Notes: generated by a model not told the origin, from the sequence alone. Positions 22,101-31,975 are shown, counted from the first letter of the stretch. The stretch: 47,298 nt of DNA from Legionellales bacterium (GCA_002692205.1 NZJM01000061.1:1-47298), one strand, 5' to 3'. Numbers and translations are program-made.

Positions 22101-22254
22101 ACTTATTTTCTTTGCAACAGGACAAACATCATTTCTTTCACCAATGGCCGTTAGCCTAGGTTTTGGCCTAGTATTTGCAACTATGCTAATACTAATTGTA
22201 TTACCCTGTTTTTATCTTATCGCTGACGATATAAAAAATTCTTTTTCAACATAA
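19150..22254 (+). CDS. RND (AcrB-like) transporter permease
   Basis: 1034 aa; GASPAEVE, GMIVDDAIIVTENI, GIIVNDS, RARPILLTT. Confidence 0.92.
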   Translation: MIPIHFSLKNPLLVNLSLIIILIMGFLSWKGLPQEVFPVVDLDMVSIKTNFEGASPAEVEKQVTLAIEEEFRDSQDIDFISSISKEGVSSIIIKLKSGTNVNNFMRDTRTLLDRVNDLPDLSEEPELKRIRTRFPVITLTLFGNLSKAELYEYSEKARRRIQKIKGIASIGIAGEQDWEIWVEVDPHQLAAFNIPLGVINSALKNNLIDQPGGSIKSREGDIRLRGKGVQSDPESIKEIVLRTNDNGGELKLGDIARVVRRFEEPKTYARFNGKPSVNLTVTKTADASTIDISRKIRLLSDKLNDELPGNISAGYHTDMSVYVKTRLNVVKSSGLIGLILVLFSLYLLLNFRVALVTAFGIPVSFLFAVILLFYLNFTINMVSLFAFLIVLGMIVDDAIIVTENIFRHIENGMAPLDAASVGAKEVFWPVVVSTLTTIAAFLPIFSIGGVLGEFIKVIPVVVCCALLGSLIEAFVVLPTHAAQFIKHKKNKTFINWEALLNKYSNLLNWSIMNRYFVAILSICILFLSIAYASTRLPFQLFGEVEIGQFFVNVETPNTYSLNDSLVLAKELEKKIDSVIHEEELLSLITNVGISMIDFNRSKAGSNVIQFVIDLKKPIPSGFIDKWVTPIVSLEFDQAGTRARGADTIINEIRNEFSKVTGVNKVSILKPNAGPAGDDIELGIVGNDLVFLQEKAIEISDYMKRMSGVNDVVHDQEPGKWEYNYKLNDRGKRLGLTQNELADVVRSGYLGNEVVNVTWGEKRVPIRVIYPELIRQQSTSLVELPIVLDSGKKVFLGDVANINIGQGLNQIRRRDAQRMAKITADVDSSITTPSEVIKQINNSFSDEQKTKPYSLLFLGEKKRAEDSFKDITKALIIALAIIFFMLTALFKSLIEPLVVMFAIPFGFIGVVIGHAMFSYNIQFLSAVGTLALSGIIVNDSLIMVDFIKKLRSDGVDKIAAVIGAGKVRARPILLTTITTFLGVSPLIFFATGQTSFLSPMAVSLGFGLVFATMLILIVLPCFYLIADDIKNSFST

Positions 22255-22283
22255 CAAGATAGTATTTGATTAAGTTATATTTC

Positions 22284-22562
22284 TTATGATTTTTGATTAT
22301 TTTCTTTGTATATTACTAAAATATTACCAACATTATTGATAAGCTGTGAGTCCGTAAATTTACATATTTTTTCTATATCTATTTTTCGTTGTTCTTTTTC
22401 AGTTTGAAGTAGTTTGATTTTTATTAATTCATGATGCTCCAATGCTTGTATTATTTCTTTAATCACATTTTTAGTTATTCCGTTTTTTCCTACCCATATA
22501 ATTGGGTTTAAGTGATGTGCGGCTTCACGTAAAGATTTATTTTTTAATTTATCTATTGACAT
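22284..22562 (-). CDS. yhbY: CRM-domain RNA-binding protein YhbY
   Basis: LR..AHHLNPII.VGKNG, ALEHHELIKIK, VGNILVIY. Confidence 0.9.
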   Translation of the reverse strand: MSIDKLKNKSLREAAHHLNPIIWVGKNGITKNVIKEIIQALEHHELIKIKLLQTEKEQRKIDIEKICKFTDSQLINNVGNILVIYKENNQKS

Positions 22563-22591
22563 TTATTTATATTATTTTTTTAAATTTTTAA

Positions 22592-24256
22592 TCAATTTTT
22601 ACTAATATCATTCTCTTTTGTTTCGACGAGCATATCTTTTATTTTTTCTTTTTCGATTCGGGTCATTAATGGACTATATTTATTTATTTTATGATCTAAT
22701 AATGTTGTTTTTGCATCTTTCCAGTTTAGCGGTTCAATATTTAGAAATTCTTCTGTATTCTTTGCAATTATTGGAAGTACGGGTTTTAAATACAGAGCTA
22801 ATACCCTGTATAAATTAATACCAGTTGTACAAATACTCTGTAGTTCATTATCACTATTTTTTTGCTTAGCAATAATCCATGGCTTGTGATAATCAATATA
22901 TTGATTTGCTTTGTCTGCTAACGTCATTATTTCTCGCATAGCTCTGGCATATTCTCTATTTTCATATGCATTTTCAATTTGCTCACTTTGATTTGCGAAC
23001 TCTGATTGAATATTTGTATCATGATTATTGGGACTTAATTGACCATCGAATCTTTTGTTAATAAATCCAGCACATCTACTTGCAATATTTATTACCTTAC
23101 CAATTAAATCGGAATTAACTCTTTTTAAAAAATCATCTAAGTTTAGATCAATATCATCAATACCAGGCCCAAGTTTTGCTGCAATATAATAACGTAGATA
23201 CTCAGGATTTAGATGATTTAAATAAGATCGAGCCGTTATAAATGTCCCTCGTGACTTCGACATTTTTTGTCCTTCAACTGTTAAAAAACCATGAGCATAA
23301 ACAGCAGACGGTTTTTTAAGATTACTTCCCTCTAGTATTGCTGGCCAAAATAATGCGTGAAAATAAATAATATCTTTTCCTATGAAATGATACATTTCAA
23401 TATCACTATTAGGATCACACCAATGATTAAAATCTAGTTTCTCTTTTTCGCAGAAATTTTTGAAACTTGCTAGATATCCAATAGGGGCATCCAACCAAAC
23501 ATAAAAGAATTTGTTTGTTGTGCCAGGTATTTTAAAACCGAAATAAGGCTCATCGCGTGATATGTCCCACTCTTGTAGCCCAGCTTCGAACCATTCATCA
23601 AGTTTATTGGTTACTTCATTTTGTAAGTGACCTTCATGCGTCCATTTAAGCAAGTTTTCTTCAAAATCATGGAGCTTAAAAAAATAATGTTCAGATTCTT
23701 TTTCAATCGGTTTTTTACCGGTAATAGCGGAGATTGGATTGATTAAATCAGTTGGCGCATACGTTGCGCCACATACCTCACAGTTATCCCCATACTGATT
23801 TACAGCATGACATTTTGGGCATTCTCCACGAATAAAACGATCTGGCAGAAACATATTCTTTTCGGGATCGTACAATTGCTTGATAACTCTTTTAGTAATA
23901 TGCCCACCTTCATTTAATTTTTTAAAGATACTATTTGCAAGCGACTGATTCTCTTTCGAATGTGTACTATGGTAATTATCAAAAGTTATAGCAAAGTCAT
24001 TAAAATCGCGCTCATGTTCATTTTTCATTTGTTCAATTAGAGTTTCAGGCGATGTGCCTTTTTCCTGCGCCTTCAGCATTATAGGCGTACCATGGGAGTC
24101 ATCCGCACAAATATAAACACACTGATGCCCCCTCATTTTTTGGAATCGAACCCAGATGTCAGTTTGGATATACTCGACCATGTGCCCAATATGAATTGGC
24201 CCATTTGCATAAGGCAGGGCACTTGTGACTAAAATTTGACGCTGTTTGTCTCTCAT
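22592..24256 (-). CDS. metG: Methionyl-tRNA synthetase lacking the C-terminal tRNA-binding/dimerisation domain
   Basis: LPYANG.IHIGH, Zn knuckles CPKC/CEVC, WDISR, KMSKS; likely start MRDKQ at 24256 (about 554 aa). Confidence 0.96.
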   Translation of the reverse strand: MRDKQRQILVTSALPYANGPIHIGHMVEYIQTDIWVRFQKMRGHQCVYICADDSHGTPIMLKAQEKGTSPETLIEQMKNEHERDFNDFAITFDNYHSTHSKENQSLANSIFKKLNEGGHITKRVIKQLYDPEKNMFLPDRFIRGECPKCHAVNQYGDNCEVCGATYAPTDLINPISAITGKKPIEKESEHYFFKLHDFEENLLKWTHEGHLQNEVTNKLDEWFEAGLQEWDISRDEPYFGFKIPGTTNKFFYVWLDAPIGYLASFKNFCEKEKLDFNHWCDPNSDIEMYHFIGKDIIYFHALFWPAILEGSNLKKPSAVYAHGFLTVEGQKMSKSRGTFITARSYLNHLNPEYLRYYIAAKLGPGIDDIDLNLDDFLKRVNSDLIGKVINIASRCAGFINKRFDGQLSPNNHDTNIQSEFANQSEQIENAYENREYARAMREIMTLADKANQYIDYHKPWIIAKQKNSDNELQSICTTGINLYRVLALYLKPVLPIIAKNTEEFLNIEPLNWKDAKTTLLDHKINKYSPLMTRIEKEKIKDMLVETKENDISKN

Positions 24257-24381
24257 TACGGTTAAGGCTATAGAATTATGGTGCGGTAAACTAGCATTAT
24301 TCAATGATTACGTGAAGTGATTGTAATAAATTTGTAGAATGTATTCCTAAGTAAGTTAGGTATAAATATCGAGATATCAAA

Positions 24382-25461
24382 ATGAATCATGAAAAAATAG
24401 AAGAAATACTATCCAGTATAATGGATCCGTATATAAAAAAAGACTTAACTAGCACACAGAGCATTAAGAACATAAGTATTGTTGATAATAATGTCTATAT
24501 AGATATTGAGTTTGGCTATCCGTTAGATGGTATCAAGCAAGAATTATCTAAAAAAATTAAAGATGAAATCTCTAAAGTAGGGAATATTGACTGTACTGTT
24601 AATATATCGTGTAAGATTGTTTCGCATGTGGCGCAAAAAGGGACGCAGTTATTACCTAATGTTAAAAATACGATTGCTGTTGCATCAGGAAAAGGTGGAG
24701 TGGGTAAATCAACAACCTCTGTTAATCTTGCTCTTGCTTTACAAGCGGAAGGCGCGAGTGTCGGTATTTTAGACGCAGATATTTATGGCCCCAGTCAACC
24801 CAGAATGTTAGGTCTTAAAGGAAAACCCGATTCGCATGATGGAAAGACAGTGGAGCCAAAAGAAAATTATCATATACAGTCAATGTCTATTGGTTATTTG
24901 ATTGATGAAGAAACACCCATGATATGGCGTGGTCCGATGGTCACAGGTGCTCTGGAACAATTATTAAACGATACTAATTGGAGAGATCTAGATTATCTTA
25001 TTATTGATCTTCCTCCAGGCACTGGTGATATCCAATTAACATTGTGCCAAAAAATTCCAGTTAGTGGAGCAGTTATTATTACTACCCCTCAAGATATTGC
25101 ATTATTAGATGCAAAAAAAGCACTAAAGATGTTTGAAAAAGTTCAAGTGCCAGTTCTAGGTATTATTGAAAATATGAGCACCCATATCTGTAGTAAATGC
25201 GGCAATGAAGAACATATTTTTGGTAGTGGCGGCGGAGAAAGCATGTCGAGACAATATGAGGTGGAATTATTAGGCTCATTACCACTAGATATAAAAATTC
25301 GTGAAGGTGTTGATAACGGCAAACCAACTGTTGCACTAGATCCAAATTCTGTTATTTCTAAGAATTATCGTGACATCGCAAGATCTGTTGCTGCAAAAAT
25401 TTCGCTACAAGCAAAGGATTATACGAGTAAATTTCCAAAGATAGTGATTGAGAATAATTGA
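24382..25461 (+). CDS. apbC: Fe-S cluster carrier ATPase ApbC/Mrp
   Basis: SGKGGVGKST, DADIYGPS, WRGPM, DLPPGTGD, ENMS..CSKC; divergent from metG. Confidence 0.95.
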   Translation: MNHEKIEEILSSIMDPYIKKDLTSTQSIKNISIVDNNVYIDIEFGYPLDGIKQELSKKIKDEISKVGNIDCTVNISCKIVSHVAQKGTQLLPNVKNTIAVASGKGGVGKSTTSVNLALALQAEGASVGILDADIYGPSQPRMLGLKGKPDSHDGKTVEPKENYHIQSMSIGYLIDEETPMIWRGPMVTGALEQLLNDTNWRDLDYLIIDLPPGTGDIQLTLCQKIPVSGAVIITTPQDIALLDAKKALKMFEKVQVPVLGIIENMSTHICSKCGNEEHIFGSGGGESMSRQYEVELLGSLPLDIKIREGVDNGKPTVALDPNSVISKNYRDIARSVAAKISLQAKDYTSKFPKIVIENN

Positions 25462-25507
25462 ATGAATGCGTAGTCTCATAATATTTTAGATTAAAGAGAT
25501 AATTTTA

Positions 25508-26074
25508 ATGAGTATAAAAAGCGATCAATGGATTAGAAAAATGGCAAAAGAGAATGGAATGATTGAGCCGTTTGAGCCGTTTCAGGTAAAAAAAAATAAA
25601 GCAGAAAAATTAATATCATATGGAACATCTAGTTATGGTTATGATGTTAGATGTTCAGATGAATTTAAAATTTTTACTAATGTTCACTCAAGTACGGTCG
25701 ACCCAAAAAAATTTGATCCAAACAGTTTCGTTGATATTAAAGCCGACCATTGCATAATACCACCTAATGCTTTTGCATTAGCGCGGACAGTTGAATATTT
25801 TCGTATACCAAGAAATATTCTTACTATATGTTTGGGTAAATCCACCTATGCACGTTGTGGAATTATCGTAAATGTAACGCCCCTAGAGCCTGAATGGGAA
25901 GGGCATGTCACTTTAGAATTTTCAAATACAACTAATTTGCCAGCAAAAATCTATGCAAATGAGGGTATTGCACAAGTTATTTTTCTGGAGTCTGATGAGG
26001 AATGTGAGACGTCATATAAAGATAGATCTGGAAAATACCAGGGACAAAGGGGTGTTACTCTCCCAAAGGCATAA
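25508..26074 (+). CDS. dcd: dCTP deaminase
   Basis: [32 protein letters not shown]. Confidence 0.96.
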   Translation: MSIKSDQWIRKMAKENGMIEPFEPFQVKKNKAEKLISYGTSSYGYDVRCSDEFKIFTNVHSSTVDPKKFDPNSFVDIKADHCIIPPNAFALARTVEYFRIPRNILTICLGKSTYARCGIIVNVTPLEPEWEGHVTLEFSNTTNLPAKIYANEGIAQVIFLESDEECETSYKDRSGKYQGQRGVTLPKA

Positions 26075-26104
26075 TTGAAAATTCAGCATTACTAGACTAT
26101 TACA

Positions 26105-27496
26105 ATGATTAACTTTCCAATTTTTATAAAACTTCAAGATCAGGAATGTCTTGTAGTAGGAGGCGGAGCTGTTGCTGCAAGAAAAATCAAGCATCTATTA
26201 AATGCTGGCGCGAAAGTATCTGTTGTCTCGCCTACTATTCAAGCCTCATTAGAAGAAGTTCACAAATTAGGTAAGATTGATTATTTTAAAGAGAAATATT
26301 GCGAAAAGTTTCTTGAAGAAAAAAAAATAGTTGTAGCTGCAACCAATAATGCACAGCTTAACTATCAAATTGCTGAACAAGCAAAATCAAAAAATATATT
26401 TGTAAATGTTGCTGATAATCCCGAAGCTGGAACATTCATAATTCCATCCATTGTAGATAGAAGTCCTATTATAATTGCAATTTCAACTAGCGGCATTGCT
26501 CCCGTTTTAACTAGATTGTTAAGTACAAAATTGGAGACAGTAATTCCATCAAGATATGGTGAATTAGCAAAGCTGATTAGTTCTTTTCGTGGAAAAGTAA
26601 AAGAAAAGTATAAAAATATCAAAGATAGACGTAGATTTTGGGAAAATATTCTGAATAGCTCAATAGCTGAAATGTTTTATGCTGGGCAAGAAGAGAAAAC
26701 ATTAAAGTTAATTGGAAAAATACTTAAGGATGATAAGCCAGTTGTAAAACATACTGGAGAAGTATATCTAGTAGGTGGTGGTCCTGGCGATCCAGAATTA
26801 TTAACATTTCGCGCTTTACGTTTAATGCAACAATCTGATGTTGTTCTATATGATCGATTAATATCACCAAAAATTCTTGATTTTGTTCGTAAAGATGCTG
26901 AAAGAATTTATGTCGGAAAGAAGAGAGATAGGCATACATTACCTCAATCTGAGATTAATCAATTGTTAGTAGATTTAGCCAAACAAGGAAAGCGTGTGTT
27001 GCGACTAAAAGGCGGAGATCCATTTATGTTTGGACGCGGAGGCGAAGAAATCGATTTACTTAATGAGAATGAGGTTTCATTTCAAATTGTTCCTGGAATT
27101 ACAGCTGCAAGTGGTTGCGCATCTTATGCAGGTATTCCACTGACTCACCGTGATTATGCACAATCTTGTTTATTTGTAACTGGGCATCTAAAAGATGGCA
27201 GTATGAATTTAAATTGGCAAACTTTAGTGCAGCCTCAGCAAACTATAGCTGTTTACATGGGCACTCATAGTTTGAGTATATTGAGTCATCAATTAATGAA
27301 ACACGGAATGAAAAAGTCTATGCCGGCTGCGATTATTCAGCAAGGAACAACAGGAGAGCAAAGTGTTTTTCTCTCAACTATTGAACTACTACCTGAACTG
27401 CAAAGAGAAAATAATATTAAACCACCTAGCATGATTATTATCGGAGAAGTAGTCTCACTTCATGAAAAACTCGCTTGGTATAAGTCTGATACCTAA
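26105..27496 (+). CDS. cysG: Siroheme synthase CysG (dehydrogenase/ferrochelatase plus SUMT)
   Basis: VGGGAVA.RK N-domain; GGGPGDPELLT, RLKGGDP, GRGGEE, PGITAA. Confidence 0.95.
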   Translation: MINFPIFIKLQDQECLVVGGGAVAARKIKHLLNAGAKVSVVSPTIQASLEEVHKLGKIDYFKEKYCEKFLEEKKIVVAATNNAQLNYQIAEQAKSKNIFVNVADNPEAGTFIIPSIVDRSPIIIAISTSGIAPVLTRLLSTKLETVIPSRYGELAKLISSFRGKVKEKYKNIKDRRRFWENILNSSIAEMFYAGQEEKTLKLIGKILKDDKPVVKHTGEVYLVGGGPGDPELLTFRALRLMQQSDVVLYDRLISPKILDFVRKDAERIYVGKKRDRHTLPQSEINQLLVDLAKQGKRVLRLKGGDPFMFGRGGEEIDLLNENEVSFQIVPGITAASGCASYAGIPLTHRDYAQSCLFVTGHLKDGSMNLNWQTLVQPQQTIAVYMGTHSLSILSHQLMKHGMKKSMPAAIIQQGTTGEQSVFLSTIELLPELQRENNIKPPSMIIIGEVVSLHEKLAWYKSDT

Positions 27497-27554
27497 TTAC
27501 TAGCATATCTTCTCAAAGTTCTAATCGTTATTGCTATTAAATAGAAGAAAATAA

Positions 27555-27583
27555 TTGAAAGTTCTCGCTAAGTACTCTATTCT
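27555..27583 (+). promoter_or_regulatory. Sigma70 promoter of lexA
   Basis: TTGAAA-N17-TATTCT. Confidence 0.65.
27561..27575 (+). promoter_or_regulatory. Putative LexA operator 1 (GTTC-N7-GTAC)
   Basis: GTTC-tcgctaa-GTAC fills the promoter spacer; one mismatch from GTTC-N7-GTTC. Confidence 0.5.
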
Positions 27584-27589
27584 AACAAA

Positions 27590-27608
27590 GAGAACTTATG
27601 GAGAACTT
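27590..27608 (+). promoter_or_regulatory. Putative LexA operator 2 (GAAC-N7-GAAC, alphaproteobacterial-type SOS box)
   Basis: Direct repeat GAGAACTT-atg-GAGAACTT with 11-bp period, overlapping the predicted +1 and the RBS. Confidence 0.7.
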
Positions 27609-27611
27609 TAA

Positions 27612-28205
27612 ATGCTAACGGGTTTAGAAGAGAAAATTTTACAGTGTATTACAATTTATATAACTCAGAATGGTCGAAGCCCAACACTAGATGAGATTGG
27701 TCAATTACTTTCAATTAAATCCAAAGGGACTATTCATCGTTATATTAAATCATTAATTAAAAAAGGCCATCTTCACCGAAGCGGGAGGAATTGGCGAGGC
27801 ATCCGTCTTACTGGGGAGCAAAATCGAAAGTTAACTATTTTACCTCTAGCGGGCAGAATTGCTGCTGGAAAACCAATAGAGGCAATTTCTGAACAATATG
27901 AAATAAACTTTTCTGAAATGCTATTGGGACCAGGTCGATATGTTCTTGAGGTGCAGGGAGATTCTATGATTGATGCAGGTATATTGGATGGTGATCTGGT
28001 TATTATCAGAGAGACGCAATCCGCTGATAATGGGGATATAGTTGTTGCATTAATTGATAATAGTGAAGCAACTCTGAAGCGGCTTAAAAAAAATGGAAAT
28101 CAAATTGAATTAATTCCCGATAATAAATCAATGAGTCCAATGAAATATTCGGCAGATCGAATAAATGTTCAAGGTGTCGTGGTGGGGCAGGTAAGAATGT
28201 ATTAA
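27612..28205 (+). CDS. lexA: SOS repressor LexA
   Basis: N-terminal wHTH (SPTLDEIG..L.IKSKGTIHR), cleavage site IAAG.P, catalytic GDSM Ser and TLKR Lys. Confidence 0.93.
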   Translation: MLTGLEEKILQCITIYITQNGRSPTLDEIGQLLSIKSKGTIHRYIKSLIKKGHLHRSGRNWRGIRLTGEQNRKLTILPLAGRIAAGKPIEAISEQYEINFSEMLLGPGRYVLEVQGDSMIDAGILDGDLVIIRETQSADNGDIVVALIDNSEATLKRLKKNGNQIELIPDNKSMSPMKYSADRINVQGVVVGQVRMY

Positions 28206-28238
28206 CTATTTTTTATTTTATAAATTCGACATTAGGAT

Positions 28239-28841
28239 CTATACATCTTTTCTATAGCGATGTTGAGCACTCATCACTACTTTGATTAGTGCTTCCTGTA
28301 ATATTGAATCGCTATCGTTACTAAATAAGGAAAATATTAGTATTAGTTTTCCTACTCCTAATGCTCCTTGAGTTAGGTATTGGTATTCTCCGGATGAAGC
28401 ACTACTATCTGATAGATTGAAAAAGTATCCAATTCCATATTTTCCTGAAATTTTTTCTAATTCCAGCTCAGTCTGATCCGAGTGAAGCAGAGCTTGTTTT
28501 CCAGTTTTTTCTACTAAAGAACGAATATATTCGGGAGATGAGATATTTCTCTGAAAACCATCTTCCCAGAGTACCGACAAGTTTAGTTGGTAAATTTCCT
28601 CTTTGTCTTTATTAAGATTATAGAATGTAATTATTGGTGGTTTATCTTCATTTGTTGTTGTGAAATTATAATTCCAGATTTTTGGAACATCGATTACGAG
28701 CTTACCATGACCCGGTATTGCAAATGATTCAGAGTCAGTCCTATACTCAGTGGTATTTTCTGTTGTAGCGGAGGTATTAATTACATACAAAGAAATAAAT
28801 AATAGAAAAATATTTTTATAATTATTATCCAATTTAAGCAT
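28239..28841 (-). CDS. Hypothetical exported protein
   Basis: 200-aa ORF filling the gap; signal-peptide-like N-terminus; no family recognised with certainty. Confidence 0.7.
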   Translation of the reverse strand: MLKLDNNYKNIFLLFISLYVINTSATTENTTEYRTDSESFAIPGHGKLVIDVPKIWNYNFTTTNEDKPPIITFYNLNKDKEEIYQLNLSVLWEDGFQRNISSPEYIRSLVEKTGKQALLHSDQTELELEKISGKYGIGYFFNLSDSSASSGEYQYLTQGALGVGKLILIFSLFSNDSDSILQEALIKVVMSAQHRYRKDV

Positions 28842-28891
28842 AGTGTATTTAGGTATTTACAAAAATTAATTTTATGTTTTTACTTTACTGG

Positions 28892-30100
28892 CTATTTTTG
28901 GAATACAATACAAGCATTTGTTCCACCAAAACCAAAGCTATTAGACATTATAGTTTTTAATCCCGCACCATCAATTCTATTTAGAGCGATTGGTATATCT
29001 TTTGCTTTTGAATCAATCTCTTCGATATTCATTGATTTCGCTATAAAATTATTTTCTAGCATAAGTAAGCTGTATATTGATTCATTTGAACCAGCAGCAC
29101 CCAAGCCATGCCCTGTTTGTGATTTTGTTGCACTGATTAAAGGGATTTTACTTTTGAAAACTCTTTTAATTGCATCTAGCTCTGTTACATCTCCAGCAGG
29201 GGTACTAGTAGCATGAGCATTAATATAATCAATTGGCACCTCTACAGATGCTAGCGCTTGTTGCATACATCTTACCGCACCTTCCCCAGATGGTTTTACC
29301 ATATCGAAGCCATCCGAGGTCGCCCCATAACCAATAATTTCAGCATAAATATTTGCATTACGAGCTAACGCATGCTCCATCTCTTCTACAACGAGAATAC
29401 TTCCTCCACCTGATATGACAAAACCATCACGTTTTGCATCGTAAGGTCGAGAGGCTTTTTCGGGACTACTATTATATTTAGATGATAAGGCGCCCATGCT
29501 GTCGAAGAGTAATGTTGATGTCCAGTGAATTTCTTCACCACCTCCTGCAAAAATTATATCTTGTTTCCCAGATTGTATAATTTCGTACGCATTACCAATA
29601 CAATGCGCGCTTGTTGCGCAAGCTGAACTAATTGAATAGTTAACACCTTTGATTTTATATGCAACAGATAGACATGCACTATTTGAGCTAGTCATTATTC
29701 TCGGCACCATCGTAGGCCCTACTTTACGAGCGCCACGTGCACGAAGAGTATCTATGACATCAAGCATATTTTTATTTGAGCTACCTCCCTGACCTACAAT
29801 TAATCCAGTTCTTTCATTTGAAATATTCGCTTCATTGAGATTTGCGTCTTCGATTGCCTCTTGCATTGCGATATAACAATAAGCGGCACTGTCGCCCATG
29901 AATCTTTTTTGTTTGCGATCTATAAATGCATCTAAGTCAATATCTATTGCACCATAAACATGTGAACGAAATTCTAGTTCTGCATACTCAGGTGAATATT
30001 GGATACCAGACTTACTATTTTTTAAGGAATCTAATACATCACTTTTATTATTTCCTATGCTGGAAACGATCCCCATACCTGTAATAACTACTCTTTTCAA
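28892..30100 (-). CDS. fabB: Beta-ketoacyl-ACP synthase I
   Basis: Likely TTG start [10 protein letters not shown]; [31 protein letters not shown]; directly after fabA. Confidence 0.93.
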   Translation of the reverse strand: MKRVVITGMGIVSSIGNNKSDVLDSLKNSKSGIQYSPEYAELEFRSHVYGAIDIDLDAFIDRKQKRFMGDSAAYCYIAMQEAIEDANLNEANISNERTGLIVGQGGSSNKNMLDVIDTLRARGARKVGPTMVPRIMTSSNSACLSVAYKIKGVNYSISSACATSAHCIGNAYEIIQSGKQDIIFAGGGEEIHWTSTLLFDSMGALSSKYNSSPEKASRPYDAKRDGFVISGGGSILVVEEMEHALARNANIYAEIIGYGATSDGFDMVKPSGEGAVRCMQQALASVEVPIDYINAHATSTPAGDVTELDAIKRVFKSKIPLISATKSQTGHGLGAAGSNESIYSLLMLENNFIAKSMNIEEIDSKAKDIPIALNRIDGAGLKTIMSNSFGFGGTNACIVFQK

Positions 30101-30113
30101 TTTTAATAAATTC

Positions 30114-30629
30114 CTAAAAATTATCGGTTGATTTAAATAGGCCAACACGCAAGTCTTCAGCAACATAGATTTCTTTGCCGTCAACAGACATACTTGCATC
30201 TGCTACTCCCATTACCAATTTTCTTAATACAACTCTTCTTACATCAACGCGGTATGTAACTAGCTTATTTTTTGGTGTTACCTGACCAGAAAATTTCACA
30301 TTTCCAGCACCAAGCGCTCGACCCCTTCCTTCAGCTCCGGACCAACCAAGGAAGAATCCAACTAATTGCCACATCGCATCTAAACCAAGACAACCTGGCA
30401 TAACAGGATCACCATCAAAATGGCAACCGAAGAACCAGAGGTCAGAATTTATATCAAGTTCAGCAATAATTTCTCCTTTACCAGCTTTTCCTCCATCTTT
30501 AGAAATATTAACGATTCGATCGAACATCAGCATCGGTTTTAGAGGTAGCTGTGCATTGTTTATGCCAAACATTTTCCCGAGTCCGCAAAGATTTAACTCT
30601 TCTTGCGTATAGCTATTTTTTATATTCAT
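30114..30629 (-). CDS. fabA: 3-hydroxydecanoyl-ACP dehydratase/isomerase
   Basis: [29 protein letters not shown]. Confidence 0.97.
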   Translation of the reverse strand: MNIKNSYTQEELNLCGLGKMFGINNAQLPLKPMLMFDRIVNISKDGGKAGKGEIIAELDINSDLWFFGCHFDGDPVMPGCLGLDAMWQLVGFFLGWSGAEGRGRALGAGNVKFSGQVTPKNKLVTYRVDVRRVVLRKLVMGVADASMSVDGKEIYVAEDLRVGLFKSTDNF

Positions 30630-30698
30630 TGCTCAATATTATCTCACGTCAGTAGTTTTTTTTCTAAAAAAACCGGCTTATATATATTACAACTATTC

Positions 30699-30726
30699 TT
30701 GACAGTGTCTATTTGCCCATTAGACT
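30699..30726 (+). promoter_or_regulatory. Sigma70 promoter of ispG
   Basis: TTGACA-N16-TAGACT, 31 bp before the ATG. Confidence 0.55.
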
Positions 30727-30757
30727 TTAGGTATATGTTAAATAGCAAGATTATCTC

Positions 30758-31975
30758 ATGACTCAAGAAAGACGACACAGTATTGCCGTAAAGATTGGAT
30801 CGGTAATGATCGGAGGTGATAATCCGATTGTTGTTCAGTCGATGACCAATACTGATACTGCAGATATTGATGCAACAGTTAAACAAGTACAACAATTAGC
30901 TGCTGCTGGATCAGAATTGGTTAGAATTACGGTTAATACTAACGAAGCCGCGTCGGCGGTTGCGATTATACGTGAAAGACTCGATAAACTGGGTTGTAAT
31001 GTACCGCTAGTTGGAGATTTTCATTACAACGGTCATAAATTATTAATTAATTATCCTGATTGCGCTCAAGCTTTGGGTAAGTATCGAATCAACCCAGGTA
31101 ATGTTGGTTTTGGGAAAAAAAAGGATAATCAGTATGAGATAATGATTGAGCAGGCTATAGAGAATGATAAACCCGTTAGAATTGGCGTTAATTGGGGTAG
31201 CCTGGATCAAGCATTACTAACGGAAATGATGGATACCAATGCTAAAAAATCAGTTCCCTCAGACGCAAATGATGTTATGCAGGAAGCACTGATTGTTTCA
31301 GCATTAAATAGTGCTAAACAAGCTGAAGAAATAGGCTTAGCTAGAGATCATATAATTTTGTCTTGCAAAGTAAGCGGCGTTCAAAAATTAATTTCAGTAT
31401 ATAGAGACATTGCTAAAAGATGTGATTATGCATTACATTTGGGTTTAACTGAGGCAGGTATGGGCTCAAAAGGAATAGTTGCTTCCACCGCATCAATTGG
31501 GGTATTACTTCAAGAAGGTATTGGCGACACAATTCGAATCTCACTCACACCTGAACCCGGGGGCGATAGATGTAATGAAGTTATTGTTGCTCAGGAAATA
31601 TTACAAACAATGGGTTTACGATCATTCACTCCTCTTGTAACGGCTTGTCCAGGATGCGGCAGAACAACAAGCACAGTATTTCAAGAGTTAGCAGATAGCA
31701 TTCAAGCATATGTTCGTAGTCAAATGCCCATTTGGAGAGAAAAATATATTGGCGTGGAAGATATGAACCTTGCTGTTATGGGTTGTATTGTAAATGGGCC
31801 AGGGGAGAGTAAGCATGCCGATATCGGGATCAGTCTACCTGGGACAGGTGAAAATCCCTCAGCTCCCGTATTTGTCGATGGAAGGAAAACAGTAACATTG
31901 AAGGGTGACACAATCGCTGAAGACTTTAGAAAGATCGTAGACGATTATGTAAAAAATAGATATTCATTAAAATAA
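30758..31975 (+). CDS. ispG: HMBPP synthase (GcpE)
   Basis: [55 protein letters not shown]. Confidence 0.96.
   Translation: MTQERRHSIAVKIGSVMIGGDNPIVVQSMTNTDTADIDATVKQVQQLAAAGSELVRITVNTNEAASAVAIIRERLDKLGCNVPLVGDFHYNGHKLLINYPDCAQALGKYRINPGNVGFGKKKDNQYEIMIEQAIENDKPVRIGVNWGSLDQALLTEMMDTNAKKSVPSDANDVMQEALIVSALNSAKQAEEIGLARDHIILSCKVSGVQKLISVYRDIAKRCDYALHLGLTEAGMGSKGIVASTASIGVLLQEGIGDTIRISLTPEPGGDRCNEVIVAQEILQTMGLRSFTPLVTACPGCGRTTSTVFQELADSIQAYVRSQMPIWREKYIGVEDMNLAVMGCIVNGPGESKHADIGISLPGTGENPSAPVFVDGRKTVTLKGDTIAEDFRKIVDDYVKNRYSLK

Noticed and set aside
30101-30199. ORF-track N-terminal extension of fabB overlapping fabA
   Set aside because: Homology to FabB begins at TTG 30100 (MKRVVITG); the extension is an open-frame artefact.
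30644-30895. 83-aa minus-strand ORF between fabA and ispG, and the 62-aa ORF at 17898-18086
   Set aside because: They overlap promoter regions and the starts of real genes; no RBS or motif.
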